From: Trichosphaerium sp. ATCC 40318
Taxonomy: Eukaryota; Protista; Tubulinea
Length of the DNA stretch: 64,000 nucleotides
Assembly: GCA_038496445.1 (NCBI GenBank)
Contig: JALMLS010000448.1
Location: forward strand, 186,001 to 250,000
Direction: 5' to 3'
Below the pieces are notes generated by a model. It saw only the letters and a program-made list of their open reading frames with translations. It did not search any database and was not told the DNA's origin. This document shows positions 12,030-23,800 of this stretch, piece by piece. Position numbers and translations under genes: made by a program. Positions within the stretch are counted from its first letter, which is position 1, and each line of letters opens with the position of its first letter.

Positions 12030-15000
12030 ATGACTACTTCTACGCCTCAAAATGACGACATTGGGGTCGCAGATGATGAAGATCCACCTATAAAGCCTCT
12101 TTTAAACCCTTTCGAAATGAAAGTCACGCGTTTACGCCAAGAGCTCAAATCGAGAGGCCTGTCGCCTTCTGGACTTAAAATGACTCTTATTCGCCGTCTT
12201 TTACAAGCTTTGAAGCGTGAGGGTCACCCTGTAGAGGCATTTGACGAAGATGAGTTTGCCATTGATTTTATCACCCAAGAGTCACCTACATACACTGGCA
12301 GATGGCGTACGCTTACAACGGAAGATGACTTGTCGAAATTTAGCGACATGAAGATCATTCAGGCTGACACAACACGCCTTTTGCTTTCTGCAAAACAATC
12401 TAATCAAAGTCACCTAATTACGCTTAATTTACACCAAGGTACGCATAAATAAACACATGACACCATCAACATACTAAATCACGAATTAGAACCTTTGACA
12501 AGCATTGTTGTAGATGTGTACAATACACCTTCAACCAATGACACAACAACAATTCCGTTTTCTAAGCTGCAGAATTACTCAATCACGAAAGTTGGTGAGT
12601 ACAAGAATTAGTTTCAGACATTCTTAATTTCGGGAACAACGTTTTTTTTTTGAAACTATCTACCAAAACGCTTAAAAGTGGTTGGTTTCGCTTGCCCATT
12701 TAACCGTAGCACTATAAAACGCATAATTTACGGTTTGCTCAAATGGCAACTTTCGAAAATCAATTCGCTTCGTAGTTCTGACATTATGTTATATTATATT
12801 TATCAGCGCTTTTTTATGCATAAACAACCTTTCTCTTATGTTTTCGTGAGTCTTTTTTTTTATTTTTTTATTCATTTTTTACTTACCAGTAAACTAGGTA
12901 ATAGCACCTATGTACTGTATGGTGGGAGTAATGTGGATAACCCTAGCGAGATGAGCGACGCTCTATTCTCTTTGGACTTGAGTAAGCGATTTTTCGTAAA
13001 ATTTTTCATTTGGGCTCCACGCTCCTTTTCTAAACGCTTTAGGAACTAAGAAATGGCGCCGCATCGCGCCAGGTGGTGATGTACCGGGCGCTAGAGACTG
13101 CCACACGGCTACTTGTTCGTCATCCTCAGAACTCATCTTGTTCGGTGGGCGTTCTTGGCAAGATGGCAAATTTATCACACACAATGATGTTTATGTGCTT
13201 AGAACTGGTTAGCCTTATTTTCATACTGTACATTTTTGTTGACAGTATCACAGAGAACTGGTCGTGGGATCTGTATCCAACAAACCCTGGGGAGCGTTTA
13301 CCAAGGTACATTGGATAGAAAACAAAACAGTAACAGAGTGTTTGTTTTTTGAAAAAAGCGTTTCTGTAACTCGTTCTTAGCGCACCTTTTATTTTTTAAT
13401 TACGTTCCTTGTTTCTTTGAGGCTATGGTAATACCTACCGGGCATTCTTTACTCTACAGTTTACTTTTTTAAATTTTCTTTCAAAAAAACTCGCATAAAA
13501 CAACGCCTTTTTGCTTTGTGTGGCGCTATAAGTTATTTACAGCTATGTACATACGTATATACGTCTTTGAAGTACTCATTGATCTCAAATAGGCCTCGTG
13601 CTGGTCATTCAGCAGTTTTTGTTGGAACAACTGTGTATATATGCGGTGGACACTATTATGTACCTGCTGATGGTAATCAAGGAGTCCGCTGGCTTTCAGA
13701 TTTTTGGATACTTGATATCAACAGTGTGATGTGGACAAAGGTAACTTTTTGCTTTGAATTACGCTTTTTTGGAAGCCAGAAAAGGAAGTTCTATTGGGTT
13801 GACTACTTTGGAGAAAATTGCTTAGCTTGAACTACAGTTTTTGAATTGATTATTTTGTTAGATACGACATGCTGGTGTAGAGCAACAACCTCGTGGTTAC
13901 CATTCCTCAATAGCAATTGATAATAAATTATATGTGTGGGGTGGTTTTAATACGTCTTATGGATGTTCTCATGAGTTCCCTAACTATCTTGAATATTGTA
14001 ACTTGGACACATTTCGGTAAGCTTTTTTCGGGTTGTTTTGCTTTTATTTCTTTCCCAAACCGGTTTGTCTCGCAGTAAAATCGATAGAGATTGTAGTCAC
14101 TGTGCTTTACCTACTACTGAGTTGTTTGATTGACTGTACTGACGTTGTTAAAAAGATGGGAGAGGTTACTTATCGAAGGAAAGTCACCTGAAGGTCTTCG
14201 TAACCCTTCTATGGCTAATGTCGGTAAAGAAATCATTGTGACAGGCGGACAGTTTAGTAATGGTAAAGATAACACGTCTTTCTGGGTATTGGATACAGGT
14301 ATGTGCATACACGCAGTTCACAAGAGTGGTTTTAGTCAATATAAGATTTATTTGATTTAACTTTTAAATTATTAGAAGCAAAAGCAATTGTACACACTGG
14401 TGACGCGTCTAGGGATGTATCTACATTCGAATCTGATATGTTAACACTGTTTAAAAACAACCATCATGCAGATATAAATTTTAGAGTACAGAATCAATAT
14501 CTACGAGGTAATATGCGTGAATGATCTTTAGGAGAACCGAACAAATTTTTTATTCCAAATTACAAGTTTTTGTCTGCTGCTTTCTTTTTTTGGCTTTATA
14601 AACCGCCCGACGCAATAAAACACAAAAAAACTGAACTTTTTCATTACCAGACAAGTTACAATGCGTCATAATATTATTTAGCTCTTTGTAGGCACAGCCC
14701 TTTCTCGCTAAAAATAGTAAAAACCATTTTAACCACGCTTTTTTTTCTTCTTTAGAATAGAATTTGTGTTCTTCTTCATTATTATGTAGTTTTAATTCGT
14801 TTTTCAATAGCGCACAAAATTGTACTTGCATCAAGAAGCATAGCTCTCCGTGATCTTTGCAATAAGAAAAAAAAGCGTGGTCAAACTGTTACTATTGAAA
14901 CGACGAAATACGCTGATTTTTTACAGTTCTTGCGTCTTCTGTATGTAGGTCATATCAAAGTACAAGGTGACCAAGTAGATCGTGTATTAAGCTTATGTGA

Positions 15001-15676
15001 TACCTACAAACTTGACGTCAAATCGAGAAAAGTTTACAACAAAGACAAATTCTTAGTAAGCATTCCATCAACTTCTGTTTTAGCATTTAAGAACGTACAA
15101 GACTATAGCGATTTTACCATACAAGTTGGTTCTGTAAGGTTCTATGCTCATAAGTCCATCTTATCTGTTAGGAGTGGTTTCTTCTCTGAATGGCTTGAGA
15201 ACAACGAAGGTCAAAATGAACTTAATTTAGGAAATGAGACAACACCTGAAAGTTTCATGGTTGTATTGGCTTTTGTATATGATGGATTTGGTTCAGTTGA
15301 TACTCTACGCAGACTATTAAATAGTCAAGGCCTTGGTGGACTTGCACAAGCGCTTAGAGATGGCGAATATTTCCGTATTTTCGACTTGAAGATTCAGTGT
15401 CAGTCCATGCTTGCTTGCTTGATTACGCTTGAAAATGTCTGTTGGATGTATCAAGTTAGTTCTATGACGAAAGCTAAGCAACTTGGCGAGGTATGTACCA
15501 TGAGGATAGCTAGAGAATACGACAATCTTGTAAAAAGGCAGCTTCTTGGGACTTTACCAGAGGAATTACGACGAACACTTATGACGCGCTTGGAGGAACT
15601 ACCAATGCGTGTTTATATCGGTAGGGGTAATAATCGTTTGCGCGGAACGCAAGATGATGAATATAGACCTGAGTAA
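12030..15676 (+). CDS. SAP + Kelch-repeat + two BTB domain protein (LZTR1-like), multi-exon
   Basis: SAP: MKVTRLRQELKSRGLSPSGLKMTLIRRL. Kelch: PGARDCHT, PRAGHSAV, PRGYHSS, LFGG/ICGG/VWGG. BTB: HADINFRV...AHKIVL and YSDFTIQVGSVRFYAHKSILSVRSGFF. Confidence 0.8.
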
Positions 15677-16134
15677 AGCCTTGGTAAGGTCAACCGATAA
15701 GGGAAAGTTGAAGATTTCTTTAAAAGGACAATGCAATTTTTTTAATATTCCTTCTTCAACAAACTCCCTCCACACATTTTTTATCAATTTCCCATTTTTC
15801 AGTTATTCAAACAGCCAGAGAAGAAGAAGACTCCATACTCTTTTTTTGGAAGAAAGAAAGGAGAAGAGAGAAAGAAACGATCCAAAAGAAAAGACAGCAA
15901 AAAAGACTAGATTTTTTTTTGGATTTGGTTTTCTTTCAAATCCAAAATGGCCAGCTGACTGACTGTTAAAAAGAGCGAATTCACCAACAACACAAAGGAA
16001 AGCATTGAACGATTGTACTTTACAACCACTACACCCAAAAAAAGAAAGCGAAAGTTAAAAAAATACTGCAAGTCAATTTATTTTCGAAAAGAAGAAAAGT
16101 TTTTTAGTCGTTTGTAATATTGGCTTCAAATGCC

Positions 16135-16633
16135 ATGGGTGTTCAGTCGTACCTTTAATAAATCATCGCAGTTTATATTCATCGTGGTATATCGCCGTTT
16201 TGGGTAGTTCGAGTAATGTTGCGTCAGATCTCGGCCGTACTATGGTCAGATTGATTGATGGTGTGTATACACATTCCAGTGTTCATATTGAATATGTTGT
16301 AGTGATTACAGCTACGAGAGATGGTGTTGTTGGTTCGAGCACGTTTTTTTATGATAATAAGGGTGTACGCACATGATTCATAAGTCTGGACTCGACGGCA
16401 AGCTTTTTTGTGGTGTTGTATTTTTTCTACCATTTGCAGCATTTGGTAACATACAGATTATTTGTAATTACGCCGTTGTACGTTAATTAAAGAGTACAGT
16501 GTCGCTTTTTGTTCATCAATGTTACACGAGCTAGCATACTTTTGTATGCAAGTGTACTAGTCGTTCCCGTTATAAGGTAAAACTAGTGTACAGCTACGCG
16601 AAGGTATTGAAAGAGTCGTGTGGCCGCATTTGA
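16135..16633 (+). CDS. Possible small multi-exon hypothetical protein
   Basis: A spliceable chain reads MGVQSLYSSWYIAVLGSSSNVASDLGRTMVRLID... with GTACC/GTGTG/GTACG donors. No recognisable domain. Confidence 0.25.
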
Positions 16634-17570
16634 GTATATCACCAAGTTTAGCGAAAGACAAACTTTTTTGGGTTTTGGTAAGCAATACTGTCTATTTCTA
16701 TGTCGTTGTTAAGCGCTTGCTCGCGTTTATTGGCGCGTAGTCAGTTGTTCGTAGGATTCGAAATTCTCCGATAGATTTATGACTACTATGTTGAAAAGTC
16801 AGTATTATGAGCTGCCACACGTTATCAGTGCAAGCTAGTGTAAAAATTGTGAGGGAGTACTTCTGCCTTCCGTCACATTGTTCGAAAATTTGCGGGTTCG
16901 AACAATTGAATGAAAATAATATTATGGGTATCAATACAATAAGCGTATTGGTTTGATGATTATTTCTCAAAACCCAAAAAAGGAAAGTCTTGAAAGTACA
17001 AAAAAAGTTCAACTCGTTTTAATGTTTGTTCGCGGTTTGAATTCTTTTTGAATCTGTTTCTTCCCTGTATATACCTCGAACCGTACCGAAATAATACGCT
17101 TATATCATATGATATGCTGATGTTTTAGTACTAATGATGGTACTTGTTAGTCGTTTACAAAAACACGATAAAGGTGTAGAGTAGCACTCTTTTTCGCTCT
17201 TTGTTGCCTAGGGAAACATTCAGGCAACTCATAAAGCCTTCTAGCTCGCTTTTTATTTGTTTACAGGATTGGACTTGTGCTTACGTTTCTCAACGCGGTG
17301 CTACGCGATTGCACCCAACGCTTTTTGTAAACAAAAAAGTTAAAAAGAAATAAAAAAAAGCTACTCTAGTTTTTCCGTCTTGTTTTTAAACGAGGTTCAG
17401 TGTGCTTTATTACTACCAATGCAAACACTGTCATTACAACGACCATTTACGCAGCGAGTAGAATGGTAGAGATTCTTACAGTGGCGGGTTTTTCAAACGC
17501 CGATTATTTTGTTGAGTAAGTGATTCTTAAGCCATAAGAAATATGTCTACTGACATTGCGGGTATTTACA

Positions 17571-18636
17571 ATGTTGCTTGAGGTTTGTGTAGAGAACCAT
17601 GTGAGTGCTGCGGAGGCGGAGAAGGTATGTTAAATTCGAAAAGTACGCGCTAAAGCGCAACCAGCAAGGAGCAGGTAGAATTGAACTTTGTGCTGATCTA
17701 CATAATGATGGATTGTCACCTACGCTAGAAGAAGTTAAAAGAACGATCGGTAGCCTTTTTTACTATTTATCAATTAAACACCGTGTTAGATAGCGTCAAA
17801 ATACCAGTGAATGTCATGGTACCTCATTAATTTAATTTACAATCAAAGAAATCTCAAACAGACTGCAAGGTTCGGCCACGCAAAGGAAACTTCGTCTACA
17901 GCTCAAAAGAAGTACTACAAATGCACCAAGAAATATTAAAAATCCGTTCAGAGACGAGCGCAGACGTATTCGCTGTTTTAGCCTGTTAATCAGTTCCTAA
18001 TAAGAGTTACTCTTAGGGTATCGTATTTGGATTACTCAGTACGAATGACACGGATTGTACAGTTACTAAAACTACGAAAAGCTGAAAAAAATGAGATTGA
18101 CATTGAAAGTGTGAAACTCTTAATGGAGGCCTCCAAACCTTTACCAGTAACGTTTCATAGAGCCTTTGATTATGTATCTGGTATATTATAAACCTTTTGA
18201 AAATTATAACGAGCTTATAGATTGGAAACGGGCTCTAGAACAGCTTGAGGATTTAGGTGAGTTTAGTGTAATTTTTTAGATTCTTACAAAGCAGTAGGTG
18301 TTCACAGGTACCACAAGGATCTTAAGACATGTGTAATAATACTACTAGAATATTAACATCAGGACGTCCTGGGAAAGCAGTGGATAACCTCCAACTACTA
18401 ACTAAAGTGAGTGTTTTAACACAGTCCTATTTATTCTCATTTTGTTCTCTATTTTCTTTATAGATTGTAAAAGCTTCCAGACGTATACAAATTATTGCAG
18501 GCGGAGGTGTTCGTGTTAATAACGCATCACAAATAATAGAAACAGGTATGTATGATGATGTTTTGAATACTGGTAAACATTAAAAACATATTAAGGTGTT
18601 CATGAAATACACAGCTCTACTTCTTTTAAAGTTTGA
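17571..18636 (+). CDS. cutC: Copper homeostasis protein CutC, multi-exon
   Basis: MLLEVCVEN, GAGRIELC, GLSPT, VMVRPRKGNFVYS, GIVFG, VTFHRAFD, ILTSG, IIAGGGV, EIHSS. Confidence 0.9.
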
Positions 18637-18980
18637 TTTACTACAAATTTACGTGTAAAGGTATGCATTAGAACAATTTTCGTAAACAGAAATCTTCAAA
18701 GTATTGTTTGTCACGTGCAAAAACTGTAAGCTGAAATTCTACAATTATCTTTTCTTTTTTTGACAGTTTCTCGTTTGTAAAATTGTCACCATGCACCTTT
18801 TATATCCCTCAATAGTGTAAAGCGTTGGGTTCTAACTTTTTGCTATTAGTAATGGTGTGCTTGTGATTTACTTCTACAGAAGAAGGAAGTAAAAAAAAAA
18901 TAGAAGTTCTGCTTTGTTTTTTGAAGAATTTTGTTCTCAGGAGATACTCACTGTACTTTCATAAAAGAATATAACGAGTC

Positions 18981-20015
18981 ATGACAACAGCGTGGGAGCA
19001 AGCATTTGACGATAAATATACCGCTACAGGTCTGTTTATAATAAAATGGTAGTGTAGCTCGTACAAATAGCGTGTAGGTACTGTCGGTTTAGCAGATTGT
19101 CTTCAGCTGCTAAATAAATCTGGATACGACTTCAACTACCTTGATTTGCGTGGAGGAGCGCGTCGAGCCGGCGTAACAAACAAGAAACTAACCAAAGCTG
19201 ATATTGAAAGCGTTATAAACGCACTAAGGTACATTGCGCTTAAAACAAGCGATAAACCCGCTTTCACGCGTATTTGTACAAAAAAAAACCTGTTGGATGG
19301 TTTCTCTTGAGAGCAACTAGTTATAGACGCTGCCATGGCATTGTAATTGCTAATGACAGCCAGCTGATGCAATTTTTAGCTCCAACCTGCCGGCTTCGTT
19401 CTCGTGGATCATTGAAAACGAGATTGGCGGAATGAAAATGCCAGAAAAAACAGAACACATATCATCCCTTGCTGAAATAAATGTTGGCCTTGTAGTAAAC
19501 CTTACAGAGTATGAATATACGTTCCAGGTAGACACGTCAGCTATTAAACTACTGCACATGCCAATCATAGACAATACACCTCCAAAAATGGAACAAGTAA
19601 GCTTTTATATTCAGTACTTAGTTGACCAAGTATAAGACAGTTGATGCTAACCAAATATCTCTAGATAGAGTCATTTATTAAAGCAACACAATCCACAATT
19701 GAAAGCGGTAAAACTGTAGTTGTACATTGTCACGCAGGTGAGCTCAAATTTCAAGGTTGATTTTGATAAAACACTAAAAAAAAATCATGTGTTGTTCTCT
19801 TTGCAAAAAAAGTCATCGATGTGTGCTTATACAATTGAATTATAGGTAAAGGAAGGACAGGCACAATGCTTGCTGTTTATTTGGTAGCTAAAGGGTACAG
19901 TTCAAGTGACGCAGTTGCTTTAATTCGTAAAGAAATCGATGGCATTTGTACAACTAAGCAAGAACAAATCGTACACGATTTTGCAAAAGCTTACACATCA
20001 AAAGACGCCAAGTAG
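18981..20015 (+). CDS. Dual-specificity protein phosphatase (DUSP23-like) with N-terminal extension
   Basis: FSWIIENEIGGMKMP, VVNLTE, HMPIIDNTPP, and the catalytic loop VHCHAGKGRTGTMLA, which is split by an intron. Confidence 0.85.
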
Positions 20016-20130
20016 TTACGTTTTGTAACCGCTTAAATTAAACTCAGTTAAAAACTTATTCTAGTACTATTTTGTTCTATGGTGCATGTTTGTGAGGCTT
20101 TTTACGCATGTTGGATGCCATTCCGAGAAG

Positions 20131-20472
20131 TTATGTTTGTTGTTGTTTTAAATGTATCCATTGGTCTTCAACCATCTGTGGAATGTAATAGGAGCCTTTT
20201 TGACCTTGTTTGTAATTTGTAAAAGTAATCCACGGGTCTGATACCATTGCAGGGTTATAGTACGCTTTCGCCACTATACGCTTGCTTGGTGGTTGGTATT
20301 GATAGTTCTTTTGTGGTGAATTATTATGTGGCCGCCCTCTTTTCTTACCAAATGACATCGGCAGCTGATCATGTCGTGTTGGGCCCGGTATATAACCAGC
20401 AGGTGGATTTGTAGCCGGTTTATCTTGTGCGCGTTCATTCGCGTTATTATTACCGTATAAGTATGCAAACAT
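20131..20472 (-). CDS. MPLKIP/TTDN1-like small protein
   Basis: Low-complexity N-terminal part plus YYNPAMVSDPW and YYIPQMVEDQW, resembling the YxxxSMLEDPW motif of the MPLKIP family. Confidence 0.5.
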   Translation of the reverse strand: MFAYLYGNNNANERAQDKPATNPPAGYIPGPTRHDQLPMSFGKKRGRPHNNSPQKNYQYQPPSKRIVAKAYYNPAMVSDPWITFTNYKQGQKGSYYIPQMVEDQWIHLKQQQT

Positions 20473-20879
20473 ACTGTGCCGTGGCGTTCAAATTAATCTA
20501 ATACAAATTAAAAGTACAGGAAAGTCAAAAAAAGGTCTTCTTGAAAAATGTGCAATTTTCTAACACTTGTCTACATGTCATAGTTGAAGTTTTCCTCATG
20601 AAAAAATAACCTGCTTACGTTGCGCAGTTTCTGTTTTTGAAAGGGTTGTATCACACAACTGAAGACATATTTTTTCGAACAATTTTTTTTATAAACTGTG
20701 ATGATAGTAGTACATAATATTACAAGATTTTTCCACTACTAAAGTACAAAACGGTACACACATGGCACGTGTGAGAGCCAATAATAGTAAATATGTGCTA
20801 GCTTCTACAAAAAAACCAAAAAAACTTCAGGCTAGGAGTGGATACTGCCTTAAAGAATATTGATTTCAAGTGAGCCAAA

Positions 20880-23800
20880 TCACACTTTTACTTGTGTAAG
20901 CAGCTTTGCAATCTTTGCAAGTTTAATACGGCTACGTGGTTCTTTTTGCCAACAACCGTCCATTATTTCTAATACATGTTAAAAAAACGCTTAGAAACAA
21001 AGATACAAGGCGTACTAAGGTAAATAGGATCAATATGAAGCATATCTGGGATTGCAGGCTTCAATGCTTGATCACGAACGCGCAAAGCAAGCTCTGCTAT
21101 TGGTATACCACTATGTGGCTTTTCTCGAACCAGTATTTCGTACATTAGGATACTACAAAACGAGTAAGCAACTATTTTTCAAAAGCGATAGGAAACCATC
21201 TACGCGCGTACCCAAGGGACCAAGTATCGCTATATATTGTAAAATCTTTCTTTAAAATAGCTTCTGGAGACATCCATCGAATGGCATATTTGCCATCACC
21301 GACAATATCTTCTGTTCCCTTACGGCGAGTAAAGGTACGTGACATACCGAAATCAGCAATCTTTGGAACGTCTGTAGCGCTTATAAGCACATTACGTGCT
21401 GCGATATCACAATGGATCAATTTTTTATCATGTAGATGCATTAAACCACTAACTATGCCTTTAAGATAGTGTATTGTTACTTTTTCATCAAGAGGTAGAC
21501 TCTCTAACAAAACAAGTTAGTTTTTCTTTTTCTTTCATTATTTTAAGCTTGAGCGCGTACTATCGTAAAGGAGAGTATCTAGAGATCCGTTATCTAAGAA
21601 TTCCATAACCATATAACATTGAGATGACTCTTTAACCTCAGTAAACCCAAAAATCTAGAAACGAAACGTTAACTTGTCGGTTGGAATCTCAAAAAACCAA
21701 ATTGTGGGTACGTACTTGTACTACATTTTCATGTGGTGGTAACGCTACCATGAGTTCACACTCACGCATAACTGAATCAGCAGCAGCAAGAGTAGAAATC
21801 CAGCATTCTTTAATGGCAACTGTATGTTTTTTCTTCAATTTACCTGAATTCAATGTTAGTGCCTTTTGTCGGAAAAAGTTTTGCATAAAAAAACTTGTTT
21901 GTAAAAAAAAATCCAAGTGTTCAACACTGTACTACCTCAAGCTCTTATTAAAAGACGTACCTTTATAAACAACACCAAAAGCACCTCTTCCAAGCTCTTT
22001 CTCTTGTCTCAAGTCATCTACAGCTATTTCCCATGCATTTTGTGATACACGTCCCATCAAAAGCTCATCAAGTGTATTTGAAAGAGCTGATAATCCTTTT
22101 GCTGAACGAAGAGGCTTCTTACTTTGCTTATTCAAAGCACGACGAGGCTTAGCCATTACATTTGCCTTCTTAACCCATTCATCTCTATCTTCTGCAGAAT
22201 GCAAAGCAAAAGAAGTTATTTTTCCCTCTATAAACCGTAAATCAGTATTTGAAGAAAATTGAAAAAAAAAAAACTTCAAAGAATCGACTTTTTACAAACG
22301 AAACGTACTGTTCTTTACAGTAAAATAGTTATGCTGATCACTAGGCATAGCAATACATCCATCTGGAACCTCTGTAGGTCTTTTAAGCTTAGAGAATCTT
22401 CTTAACACTTTAGGATCAGTAACAGGATGAATTACAGCGCCTTGTAGGTTTATTTTATATTTCAACTTGTACGGCGTAACCTAGAAGTAAAAAAGTAAAT
22501 AAACAGCTATTACTTCGCTTAGCGAAAGAGTTTTTCTTCAAAGAAACGTACCTCAATATCTCTTACACTAATAGAAGCGCTAAGTGTCAGAGTACATTGA
22601 AACCATTTCCATAGCTTATCTTTTTTAACAAGAATAAATTCTTGTTGGAGTATTTTTGTAGGTAGCTGTTTTTGTCTTCTCTTCTCCATAATACTTTGCG
22701 TTGCAGTCAATGATGATGTTGTACGTGGTCTATTAAGTACATTCATCAGTCTACCAGAACCCATACGAGGACTAGTAGAGTTTGACCAAGTACGTGAAGA
22801 AAGTCCAGGTGATCTAACAGACTTCCAAGTTGATAGTCTACGGTTCGCTGTTGTTGATGGTGGTGCTGAAGTTTCATGTTCATTCATCCTCATTCTAAAA
22901 TATTCTGGGTTCATAGTAGCATTACTTTGGAGTGAGTCATCTGAACGGATGGTGCAAATAGAAGTAAATCCCATAGGATCCGATTCATGTGGTTCATTAG
23001 CACGTGAAGGAGGGACATACTTCATATCATCTGCTGTTTCTGTATATCCACCAAAAGAAAGAGGAACTGGACGTGTTGGTGGTCCGTTTCTTGGGAGAAC
23101 ACCATAGTCTGGTTCTTGAGCTTTTTTCTGGTTCTGTAAGTTTTGCTCCGCGAATGGTAAGTTAGCGTAGTCAGAAGCCGGTAGTTGGTTATTACTAAAG
23201 CTTGTAGTTGTTTGTGGCAGTTGATCAACGCTAGTGTATTCGCTAACGGTTTGAGAAGCCATTGGAGCTCGAGTGGCAGGGCGTAGATCCTGAGATGGTA
23301 GTGTACCATAATCATCAGAAGGTTGCTGTGTATTCGGGTTCATGTATTCCCCAGTATTGGCAGGAGGGCTGAATTGGCTATGATCAGGTAGCTTACCGTA
23401 GTCTGGGTCAGGTTGCATTGTCGGTCGGGAGACAGAAGGAGAAATTTGTCGTCTAAGAGGAGAAGCTATTGGTCGGGAAACTGAAGGCGATGCACCTCGT
23501 CTAGGTAGTGTAGGAGAGAAACTTTGAGGGCTTCTTGATTGAGCGTGAACAGCAGGAACTGTTACATACTCTGAGGAATCATTTACAGTTCTTGTAGGTG
23601 TGTTGTTTCGGTTCAAACTGCTCTGATTTCTTATAGATAAATCCGAAGGTAGACCACCATACTCACTTTCTTCAACAGGTTGTGGACTGTTTGAACGCAT
23701 ACCAGCGTTATTAAATGTACCACCTCCTGAGATACCATTATTAGAGCCATAGGTACCTCTATTGTTGTTTACATATTCACCACCATTGTCGCTTGGTAAT

